Shown here: piece after piece, positions 54,719 to 64,000 of the stretch | How the letters are laid out: each line of letters opens with the position of its first letter | Position numbering within the stretch: the stretch's first letter is position 1 | Origin: an uncultured Acidobacteriota bacterium | Lineage (GTDB): Bacteria; Acidobacteriota; Thermoanaerobaculia; Multivoradales; JAHEKO01 | Assembly (NCBI GenBank): GCA_963713825.1 | Contig: CAVQNG010000005.1 | Location: forward strand, 32,001 to 96,000 | Direction of reading: 5' to 3' | DNA: 64,000 nucleotides | Program-made: the position numbers and the translations under genes | The notes under the pieces: model-generated | Told to the model about the DNA's origin: nothing | Databases searched by the model: none | The model's input: only the letters and a program-made list of their open reading frames with translations

Positions 54719-56050
54719 CTACCGCTCCCCGGAGCGTCGCAGCGCCGCCGGAGTGTAATCCTCCAGGGTCCGTTCGATGGTGAAGTCGTACATCGGCACC
54801 TCATTGTCCAGACCGATGGCGAGGTACCGCCCGGCCTGAAGGTCGGTGTGCACCTCCAGGGTGGTCCAGAACACGGCACGTCGTAGTAGTTGATGACGTG
54901 TCCTTCGGAGACCCGCCAGAGCTGGTCGCGGTTGTCGTACTGGTCCACGGCCAGGATCTGCCAGCTGTCCTCGTCCACGTAGAAGGTCCGACGCTTGTAG
55001 ACGTGCTGGCGCCTTCCTTCAGCGTCGCATCCACCACCCAGACCCGGTGCAGCTCGTAGCGGCGAAGTCCGGGTTGATGTGCAGCGGAGTCAGGATGTCC
55101 TTGACGTGAATGTCGCTGTGCAGCTCGTAGGAGTTGTACGGAACGTACATCTCCTTCTTGCCCACCAGCTTCCAGTCGTAGCGGTCGACGGCGCCGTTGA
55201 ACATGTCGAACTGGTCCGACGTCCGCATGCCGTCGGCAGCGGTGCCCGGGTTGTCGTAGGCCACGTTGGGGGCGCGGCGGACCCGCCGCTGACCCGGGTT
55301 GTAGAGCCAGGCGCTGCTGTGCTCCTTGACCTGGTTCAGGGTCTCGTGGACCAGGAGAATGCCGCCGGCCAGGCGGGCCGGGGCCGTGACTTCCTGCTTG
55401 AAGAACAGGATCTTGTTGCTCAGCTCCTCCTCGGTCATGCCCTCGTTGCTGTAGAGCATGTAGAACTCGTCGGAGAACTGAACCAGGGTGTACCTGCCGC
55501 CCGTGTAGGAGCGGCCTGCCCGATCTGCGGGCCGCATCGCCCCGGTAGCGCAGCAGGTGGTTCCAGATCACCTCCAGCCCGCTCTTCGGGATCGGGAAGG
55601 GATGCCGTTGATCGCACCTTCGACCCCGTACCCGTTCTCCACCAGGTGGGCGGTGGAGGCCACCTCCTTGGTCTTGTCGTAGATCCGCTGCGGGAACGAG
55701 GCGCTCCGCTGCGTCGGGTAGACGTTCATCTTGAAGCTCGGATAGGTGGACACGCCTGGAAGCCCGGTGTGAGCTTCTCGGCGTACTCGGCCATATTCGC
55801 CGCGGTGATGGTGAACGACCTCGTCACCGGCGAACGGATCCGGGTGATGCTCCGGGTGTGTAGCCCTCGGGAGGCGTGTGATCCCACCGTCCCAGGCCGG
55901 AATGGACCCGTCCTCGTTCCCGGCCTTCTCGGCGCCGAGGGGAGTGAGATCGGCCCCAGATGGGCGATCTCCTCCGCCGACAGCTCGGCCTGGGCCGGGG
56001 CAAACCGGGGAGGACAGCGCGCAACGAAGAGGATCATTGGTCTATATATG
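54719..56050 (-). CDS. DUF1329 family (LolA-like) periplasmic protein (multiple frameshifts; start approximate)
   Basis: 'AWLYNPGQRRVRRAPNVAYDNP', 'DQFDMFNGAVDRYDWKLVGKKEMYVPYN', 'DEDSWQILAVDQYD'. Confidence 0.85.
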
Positions 56051-56068
56051 TCTCCCTTACTCCTTCCC

Positions 56069-57991
56069 CTAGAACGAGTACTTCACGCTGGTGCCGATGA
56101 AGTCCCGATCGTTGATCAGGTTGTAGCGGCCGGCCCCCTCGTAGATGGTGTAGCTCAGGTCGATCTCCCAGCTTTGGACTGGTAGAAGCCCAGCCCCAGG
56201 GTGAAAGCCTTGCGCCCTTCGATGAAATTCCCACCAGGACCCGGAGAGACGCCGGCGACGTCATGCTGCCAGCCGAACCGGGGCTGGAGGTTCCAGGCGC
56301 CGATGGCGCCGAGGAAGTCCATCCGTCCAACCAGCCGGTAGCCCCAGGACGTGGCATCGGCAAAGGCCTTTCCTACTCGAACTCTTGCCCTGGTGGGCGC
56401 CGTAGATAGATTGGAAGGGGTTGCCAGTGGTGAAGGTACCGGGACCTTCCATGCGAAGCACATCTTGGCCGGATACCGGAAACATGGACACCGCCGCCTC
56501 CAACAGAAGGAGCGACTGGTCCGCGCCCAGCCCCGGTCCAAAGACCTTGGTGGCCGTGGCCTGCACCTGGGTCGAGTCTCGATCAGGTAGCCCGGGATCA
56601 TGTCCTCGGGAGGCCCACGCCGTCCGGGGAATCTCGCTGGTAGACTTGAACACCGGGTTGAGTCGGTGTCAGGGCGGCAAAGAAGAGCTCCACGTCATCC
56701 ACCGCATACGGCGCATCCTGTTTGTAGGATGCTTCACCCTGGAGGGCGATGCCCGTGGTTCCCATTTGGGTGTTGAAGCTCAAGCCGTAGAGTTTAATGT
56801 CCTCCGGGTACACCACCTGGTAGCGGGCCGTGGAGGAATAGAAATCGGTGGCTGCGGCCTGGCCCGCCTGAGCGGCAATGGCATCCACGGTGGGGCTGGC
56901 CCCCGGAGGCACACCGAAGGAGGTAGACGTTGCCCGCAGCCGCCGCACCAGCTGGACCGGCCCCCAGCAGCCCCTGAAGGGACCCGCTGATACCGTTCAG
57001 GGGGGGAGCCGGCTGTGGTAGTTGATGAAGTAGAAACCGAGCTCGGTCTCGCCGAACGGAACCACCGAAGGGCCAGGCCATATTGGCCGCCGTCCTCGGG
57101 CTCGATAGTGGCGGCCCGGGGGACCCCAGGAAAGGGTCGGTCCAAGGCGGCTGAATGAAGAAGGGGGAGGCGGCATACATGGAAGGAGTTCCGAAACCCA
57201 ACCCCACTAACGGGCCCCCCCCACCGGCGAAGTCGTTGGTGGAGAAGTAGGTCCCCGGAGGATCGATGACGGTCTCGTCCCAGCCGTACTGGTAGAAGGC
57301 CTCGATGGTCAGGGTATCGGAGAGGCCGAACGAGGCCCAGACCGTTCCGACGGGCGAAACGCCTCGCGGAGCTCGGCACCGGGTACCCGTAGGGCGGCCA
57401 CATCCACCGGATTGATGAGCTGATGCCGCCCTGGATGAAGGTGCTCTCACCCCAGTTCATAACCTGCTCGCCGGCCCGAAGCTGGCCCCGTCGCTCCGAG
57501 ATCGAACTGCCACCAGGCGTAAGCGTCCAGAAGCTCGAACCGGTTGCCAGCCCAATCGTGGGCCAGATCCGTCAGAGGGGTTCGGGCTCGCTATTCACCT
57601 TTGAGCTCGAAGTCGTAGAAACCAGAGGCCCGAACGAAAGCGCCGACGTTCTTATAGGCGAGGTCGATATCGGCGGTGGGCTTGACAGCGTTGCTGGCGA
57701 TGCCCTTTGTCGAAATTCAGGTTCCCGTCGTCCCCGTTGACCGAGTAGGCGGTACCCCCGCTGGCAAGCCGATGAGTCGCTGGTCCGGATCGTCGAGCCG
57801 GGAGCGGATGCCATACGACAGCGTGGTGTCGACGAAGAACTGGAACTGCCCGATCGAGAGATCGGCGGGCCTTGGCCGGTGCTACAGTCAGTGCGCTCAG
57901 TACGACAGCGAGGACGATCAAACCGACGCTCCCGCCGGAGCGTACAGAGCCGAGTCAGTGGTCTTCCTGCTCATCTGCCCACTCCTCTCAT
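56069..57991 (-). CDS. DUF1302 family outer-membrane beta-barrel (many frameshifts)
   Basis: SD AAGGAG before ATG 57991; 'VNGDDGNLNFDKG', 'NWGESTFIQGGI', 'YPEDIKLYGLSFNT'; C-terminal 'YSF*'. Confidence 0.82.
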
Positions 57992-58177
57992 GGTTGTCTC
58001 CTTCCAATCTTCCCTTCGGTGAAGGGAGACGAAAATGGCCGGGTGCGGCCTCTGGCCACTAAGTGACCTTGAGTCAAACAACCCAAATATCCTGAACAGA
58101 AACCACCTGTCAGGCCTCCCCCGCGAGATAAAAAAAACCTTGAGGAATAGAGTTTCCTGCCAGTGGTTTGTTGTAGA

Positions 58178-58201
58178 CAATACCCACCCGGGTGGGTATT
58201 G
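58178..58201. promoter_or_regulatory. 24-bp perfect palindrome; candidate repressor operator in the divergent intergenic region
   Basis: CAATACCCACCCGGGTGGGTATTG. Confidence 0.7.
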
Positions 58202-58338
58202 CCTACCTGCGCGGGTGGTTATAGTGGAGGGCCGCTCGAGACTGAGGGAAAACAAATGGTCCGGTCTTGCGTCTAATGTTCTGATGCCACTCAAGACTCC
58301 GACCGAGGGGTCAAAAGATCGATGGAGACTGAGTTTTG

Positions 58339-59864
58339 ATGAGACCTCAGTGATTCTCCTGTTTGTTGCACTGCTGCTTGCACCGCTTCTCGGGAGCCCA
58401 GCCAACGCCGATGAGATGCCCTGGCCGACTTTGAAGCGGGCCCGCACGGTGTCGGGTTCCGAACCTGGATGTAACCGACTACGGGCGCACAGTCGCGCCG
58501 CGAGTCGATTGGCGAGGTGTCGAGCATCCCGGCAACAACTTCCGCCAGGTCCGGATCTCGGTCTGGTACCCGGCTGCCGTCGAGACCAAGTGCGAGCCGA
58601 TGGTGTACCGCGACTACATCGAGGCTGCCGGATTCGAAACCCCCATGGAAGGCGAGCTACTCGTCGGTATCGATGCCTATCTTGCCCATTCGACGTTCGG
58701 TGGGGCCGACAAGGAGAAGTCCGGAGAATGGTCGAAGAGACGACGACCGCCTATCGTGATGCGGCACCGCTCGAGGGCTCCTACCCAGTCATTGTCTACG
58801 CTCCGAGTTTCAGTTACGAGCCATTCGAGAACTCGGCTCTCTTCGAGTACCTGGCCAGCCACGGCTACATCGTCGGAGCGAGCCGCTCTTCTGGCCCCGA
58901 GACGAGGGAGATGTCCATGGATCTGGCGGGCGTCGAGGCCAGCGTGCGCGACATGGAGCTCATCCTCGATGCGCTCCACGATACGGGGCAAGCCAATCTC
59001 GAGCGAGTCGGTGCCGCTGGGTTCAGTTGGGGAGCTTTGAGTGCCGCCATTCTGGGCATGCGCAACTTCAACGTGCAGGCAGTGCTGGCTCTCGATGGCA
59101 CCCTGGAGCACGCTGAGATCCCTACAGTCGAGGAGAGGTACGACTTCGTACCGCGGCGGCTACGCGGCGGGTACCTCGCCATCGTTGGCGACCGTGAGCC
59201 GGTCCGGTCGTTAGGTGGCGATGCGCTGTATGCGGATGTGTTCGAGCTGCGTTATCCGGCTCTGATGCATTGGGATTTTGCCTCCGACCTCATCCGTATC
59301 CAAGTGCACAGCACCGGCGAGCCCGATCCGGAGCGCCGTGTCCTTGTCGATGACGCCTACGGGATCATTGCCTATCAGGCACGTCTGCTGTTCGATGCCT
59401 ACCTGAAGGGGAACGAGGTCAACAGAGAGGTGCTGCTCGAAGGCAATATGCGGGCGATGAATTCGGCCATCGTGATCGAGAACCGAACGGCCCGGGCCGC
59501 GCTGCCGCCACCTCCGAGTCCAGCGGAATTTGCGACCCTGCTCCGCACCGATGTCGAAGAGGCTCGCTTGGTTCTCGCTAGTGTGGAGAAGAACGATCCC
59601 GAGATCGAGCTACTCGACTGGACGCAGTTTCAGGACTCCGTCTCGGTGAGCGGGTTCGAAACCAAGCTCGCCATCCTCGAGCTGGCCCGGGAGGAGCTGG
59701 GCGAGAGCTCGATCCTCTTCAACAATTATGGCCAGGCCTGGCGACTCGAAGGCGACCCGGAGAAGGCCCTCGGCTATTTCCGCCAGGCCCTTGCCCACAA
59801 CCCCGACAGCGGCTTCGCCAAGAAGTCCATCGAGGAGCTCGAAGCGGAGTTGGCCTCGCAGTAG
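58339..59864 (+). CDS. secreted alpha/beta hydrolase (dienelactone hydrolase-like) with C-terminal TPR; compensating frameshifts in the 5' part
   Basis: Signal-like 'VILLFVALLLAPLLG'; 'GPHGVGFR' and 'ISVWYPA' out of frame; 'YPVIVYAPS', 'LASHGYIV', GFSWG nucleophile elbow; TPR at the C-terminus. Confidence 0.75.
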
Positions 59865-59924
59865 GTGAAAGGCTCTCGCCCTCCACACTTCCGAGCGCTC
59901 TTCGATCGGCATACAATGCCGAGC

Positions 59925-60833
59925 ATGCGATTACGGTTGGGAGGGGCTGCGATTCTGCTCCTCTTTCTTTCGGTCCCATTGGTTGGCCAGGAGCTCGAGC
60001 CGGCTGCCTACAAGGTGGTGCCGATCAATGTGAACCTGTTTCAGGTGGGCTACATCCTGGCGGTCGGCGATGTGAGCTTCACTCCGGCGCTACCAGCCGA
60101 GGATGTCGAGGCCACCATCAACTCAATGACCGTGATGTTGGGTCGGACCCTCGGGATCTTCGGCCGGTCGGCGAATCTCGGATTCGTGCTTCCTGTCACG
60201 GTCGGCCATCTCGAGGGGCTCTACATCGGCGAGTTCACGGAAGTGGATCGTTCGGGACTGCGCGATCCCATGTTCCGCTTGGCGGTGAATCTTTATGGCG
60301 GTCCAGCCATGGAATTGAAGGAGTTCGCCTCCTACAAGCCGAAGACCAATGTTGGAGCTAGCCTTCGAATCCTGGCACCGCTGGGGCAATACGACTCCAG
60401 CAAGATCATCAACTTGGGCACCAACCGCTGGTCTTTCAAGCCGGAGATCGGCGTGACCAGGGCCCTGGGTAAGTGGAGCCTCGAGTTCTACGCCGGAGTC
60501 TGGATCTTCACGGACAACACAAATTTCATTGGGGGTATGACCCGCGAGCAAGATCCAATCGGCTCATTCCAATTCCACACCCTCTACACCTTCAAGCCAG
60601 GAAGGTGGCTGGCACTGGACCTCAACTACTACACTGGTGGGACCACGACAGTCGATGGCTTGGAGAACTTGGACCTGCAGCAGAACTCGCGAGCCGGCCT
60701 GACCTATTCTCATCCCCTGAATCGCCGAAGCACCCTGAGGATTGCCTACAGCCGGGGTGCGCGGACGACCATCGGCGCAGCATTCGACGCCATTGCGGTG
60801 GGCTACTCGTACGTGTGGGGTGGCGGGATGTAG
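59925..60833 (+). CDS. MetA-pathway-of-phenol-degradation-like outer-membrane barrel ('transporter' family)
   Basis: Signal peptide; 'PLGQYDSSKIINLGTNRWSFKPEIG'; TACAAT 7 nt before the ATG (leaderless-like). Confidence 0.82.
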   Translation: MRLRLGGAAILLLFLSVPLVGQELEPAAYKVVPINVNLFQVGYILAVGDVSFTPALPAEDVEATINSMTVMLGRTLGIFGRSANLGFVLPVTVGHLEGLYIGEFTEVDRSGLRDPMFRLAVNLYGGPAMELKEFASYKPKTNVGASLRILAPLGQYDSSKIINLGTNRWSFKPEIGVTRALGKWSLEFYAGVWIFTDNTNFIGGMTREQDPIGSFQFHTLYTFKPGRWLALDLNYYTGGTTTVDGLENLDLQQNSRAGLTYSHPLNRRSTLRIAYSRGARTTIGAAFDAIAVGYSYVWGGGM

Positions 60834-60906
60834 TCGGCGTCGAGTGGTTTTGCTGTACACGAAGTCCGGTGGCCGGCAGAGCTATAGAAGCAGAGTGGAG
60901 GGTCTG

Positions 60907-62715
60907 GTGGCTCATTCGAAGATAGCCATAAGCCTATTAGTTGTCGCGTTTGTGCCTCTGGCCCCAGGTGCCGAGGTAGAGGCGGCAGAAGTGGGTGACT
61001 TGCAAGCTCGCATCGAGAGAGTCGAGGCAGGACTGCTGCCGAGCTTGATCCGGATGGACCTGGCCCCGCCGGTGTGGACGCTGGCGGAGCGGATGAGGCA
61101 CTATGATGCTCCGGCGGTGAGCCTGGCGGTGCTGGACGACTTCGAGATCTCCTGGGCCAAGGCCTGGGGTGTGGTGAAGATAGGTAGTGAAGCCAGGGCT
61201 ACAGCGGAGACTCTCTTCCAGTTCGGCTCGATCAGCAAACCGGTCACGGCCCTCCTGACGCTGCGACTGGTAGCCGAAGGGCGCCTCGGTCTGGACGATC
61301 CCATCAACGAGCGACTGTCATCGTGGAAGCTCCCCGACTCCGTCGCTGGCGGTGCCAAGCCCGTGCTCCTGCGCCATGTCCTCAGTCACGGCGCAGGAAT
61401 CGCTCCGTTCACGCTGCCAGTGTATGAACCGGGCGACGATTACCCCGGGGTGTTGGCACTTGTGGAGAACAAGGCGGATCGTCCTGTTCCACCGGTGGTC
61501 CGGGTGAGGCCTCCAGGCGTTCAGTTCGAATACTCGAATGCCGGGTACGCAATAGTGGAGCTCCTTCTGGAGGATGTCAGTGGGGACGAGTTTGCCCAGT
61601 TGGCGGAGAAGAAGCTGTTCGAACCCCTGGGAATGTACAGTACCTCCTTCGCCAGAAGATCTTTCCGACAAGCACTTCGAGCAGGCAGCCTGGGGACACA
61701 CAGGCAAAGAGCGGACTCCAATCGAGGGCAAGGGCCTGTTCCCTCCGGCTGCAGTGGGGGGACTCTGGTCGACACCATCGGACCTGGCGCGGCTACTCCA
61801 AGAGCTGATGCTCGCCTCCAGGGGGGACAAGGACCGTTGGTTTCCGCCGGAGCTGGCCCGCGAGATGCTCTCTCCGCAGATCCAGGGCCAGGGTCTGTCG
61901 CTCCGACTACGCGAGGGGGGACGGGGTCGGTATTTCCTCCACGGCGGCGGCATGCCAGGCTTCGTGGCCTTGTTCGTGGCATTTCCCGAGACTGGGCAAG
62001 GAGCGGTCGTCGCCATCAACGGTGGTGCCTACCCGTTGCTGGGCGAGGTACTCCGGGCGGTAGCGGCCGAGTACGATTGGCCCGGCTATCTTCCAGAGTT
62101 CGAGGCCAAGACGATTCCGGCTGAGCGCTTCGCCCAGTTCGAGGGCCGCTATGTCTTCGACCGCAGCGGCGGTACGGAGATGGAGATCTCCAGCGATGGT
62201 GGCAGGTTCTACCGCGGCCGCGCCGAGATGGTGCCGGTCGGTGAGCGGATCTTCGCCGTGCACCAGCTCGGTGACGTGCTCGAATTCCTGGTCGATCCCG
62301 ATGGCCCGGTTCGAACCTTTCGATACGGCGAGCCCGGCATCAATCAAGCCTGGGCCAGGCGAATGCCGGCGGATTTGCCGGATGCCGCGCGATTGACAAG
62401 GGAGTTGCCTACGGGGTTGTCCGCAAGTTTGTCGGTCCCTTCGGCAACCTCGAGACGAACATCTCGGAGGCCAATCTGGAGTCTCTGGGAATCGAGCGTG
62501 GCGATGCCTTCGAAGTGCGGGTCGGGGGACAACAGATGCGGGCGATGGTCGTGGAGGGCTTCGCCGAGGTTCGGGCCGGAGAGTGGGTCCTGATTCCGGG
62601 AAGAGATCCCGAGCGGCTGGTCCTGGGCCGCCACTCATCCAATGCGATGTCCGAGCTCGGCGTCCGGGCTGGCGCGCCGATCGAGGTCAGGCCGATCAAG
62701 CCCCCAGCAGAGTAG
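60907..62715 (+). CDS. serine hydrolase (beta-lactamase family), probably with a C-terminal SAM hydroxide adenosyltransferase C-like domain; frameshifts at ~61660 and ~62390
   Basis: SISK, 'YSNAGY', 'HGGG'; frame-1 tail 'FGNLETNIS...FAEVRAGE...NAMSELGVRAGAPIEV*'. Confidence 0.72.
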
Positions 62716-63712
62716 CCGCTGCCGAGAGAATGCGGTCGACATTCGGTAGGGCGTGTCGCTCGCGTCGCTGGTCGAACGGAATCGTGTTCTCGACGCAGAC
62801 TCTTGCGAACTTCGCATCGACTCCGGCCTCGAGCACAGTTGCTGCCAGTTCGCCCGAGAGCCCGAAGTCCCGGTAGTCTTCGTCGACCACCAGAAGCCGA
62901 CCGGAGCTGCCGACGGCCTCACACACCGCCCCGCGATCGAGGGGTTGGACACTGCGCAGGTCGATGACCCCGGCTTGTGTGCCGTGCTCTGTGGCGAGGC
63001 GCTCGGCAGCCTCGAGCGAACGGTGGACGCCGACTCCGACGCTGACGATCGTCAGATCGGTCCCCTCGCGCCGGGTTACCGATCGACCCAGGGGAATCGG
63101 TTCCCAGGTGTCCGGTACGGGCCCGCTCTCACCGGCTGGCGGGACGTCGTAGCTGACGGTCGGTCGCCCCCCCGATCCCAAGTAGTCACGCCAGTAGTCG
63201 GCGAGAAGCTTGTGCTCGAGGTAGATCACAGGTCCACCATCGGCAAAGGCTCCGAGCAGTAGGCCGCCAGCATCGGCAGGGGTCGAGGGAACCACGACCG
63301 AGAGCCCGGGAATGTGTGCCAGCCAGGCCCAGAGAGCCTGCTCATGCTGACCGCCATCACCGTAGCCACCGCCGCAGGCAGCTCGAACCACCATTGGCAC
63401 CCGCCACCGCCCGCCGGAAAAGGCTTCGATCTTGGCTGCCTGATTGACCAGTGCATCTGCGGCGACCGGAAGGAAATCGATGAGCATGATCTCCACGACG
63501 GGTCGCAGGCCGGCCATGGCGGCGCCGACGGCCGCCCCGAGAAAGGCCGACTCGCTGATCGGCGCCGGTCGGACTCTTCGCTCCCCGAATTGGGCGTAGA
63601 GGTTCATTCGCAGCCCTGGCACGTCCTCTCCGAACACCACGATTCGCTCGTCCTCGGCCATGGCCTGACAGAGAGCCTCCTCGATCGCTGCGGCGAAACC
63701 GAGCTCTCTCAT
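62696..63712 (-). CDS. 2-oxoacid (pyruvate/acetoin) dehydrogenase E1 beta subunit
   Basis: 'PISESAFLGAAVGAAMAGLRPVVEIM', 'YLEHKLL', 'VIDLRSVQPLD'. Confidence 0.9.
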   Translation of the reverse strand: MRELGFAAAIEEALCQAMAEDERIVVFGEDVPGLRMNLYAQFGERRVRPAPISESAFLGAAVGAAMAGLRPVVEIMLIDFLPVAADALVNQAAKIEAFSGGRWRVPMVVRAACGGGYGDGGQHEQALWAWLAHIPGLSVVVPSTPADAGGLLLGAFADGGPVIYLEHKLLADYWRDYLGSGGRPTVSYDVPPAGESGPVPDTWEPIPLGRSVTRREGTDLTIVSVGVGVHRSLEAAERLATEHGTQAGVIDLRSVQPLDRGAVCEAVGSSGRLLVVDEDYRDFGLSGELAATVLEAGVDAKFARVCVENTIPFDQRRERHALPNVDRILSAAATLLGA

Positions 63713-64000
63713 CGCGGATCCTCCTGCAGGCTGGCAATCGCGTCATCGACAGCTGCCCGCACACGAGTCTCGATCTCCTGCTCGAGGCCCTCCAGCTCGC
63801 CGCGGTCCATCTCGAGTCGCTTTCGCAGTCGGCGGATCGGGTCGTGGCCTCGCATGGCAGCAGCCTTGGAGAGCATTTTGGTGATTCCGCCGAGGCTCGC
63901 GGCGCGGCCACCGAGTCCGGCTCCTCGACCGGTGGTCGTCGACTTGAGGAGCGGGCCGAGCTTGTCTTTGAGCTCGGCAACCGGCTGGCGAACGATGCGC
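63709..64000 (-). CDS. C-terminus of the E1 alpha subunit (5' partial)
   Basis: 'HDPIRRLRKRL...LEQEIETRVRAAVDDA'; ATGA overlap with the beta subunit. Confidence 0.7.
   Translation of the reverse strand, partial: RIVRQPVAELKDKLGPLLKSTTTGRGAGLGGRAASLGGITKMLSKAAAMRGHDPIRRLRKRLEMDRGELEGLEQEIETRVRAAVDDAIASLQEDPR

Noticed and set aside
48391-62400. Mass pseudogenisation or programmed frameshifting of the transport operon and hydrolases
   Set aside because: The breaks are mostly small deletions, very dense at 52-58.7 kb, while motifs remain well conserved. This fits long-read consensus error better; reads are needed to decide.

Overview
GC-rich bacterial window, most consistent with an Acidobacteriota (Thermoanaerobaculia-like) genome. 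That placement is an inference from the kinase families and the C-terminal 'F.dgFEsG...W' motifs. Bases 1-48.2 kb are dominated by an array of 14 Hanks-type Ser/Thr kinases (K1-K14), plus a TPR tail at the left edge that probably belongs to another. Nine have the layout kinase-TM-PD40/TolB beta-propeller and five end in TPRs. The array is interspersed with three type II toxin-antitoxin pairs, a DUF222-HNH gene, a Tet-type MFS transporter and two secreted proteins. It shows direct signs of recombinational remodelling: a ~1 kb near-identical promoter+kinase block fused to two different sensors, patchwork mosaics, 5' ends homogenised between unrelated paralogues, an orphan kinase 5' stub, 21-codon ATGA-coupled bridge ORFs, and REP/STRR-like repeats inserted in frame into kinase loops. 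I propose this as a diversifying receptor-kinase repertoire (inference). Bases 48.4-64 kb carry an ARPP-1/DUF6569-like gene, serine hydrolases, a DUF1302-DUF1329-YCF48-RND operon with a 24-bp operator-like palindrome, and 2-oxoacid dehydrogenase E1 subunits. This part has many indels that look like sequencing/consensus errors. All alignments and mismatch counts were done by eye.
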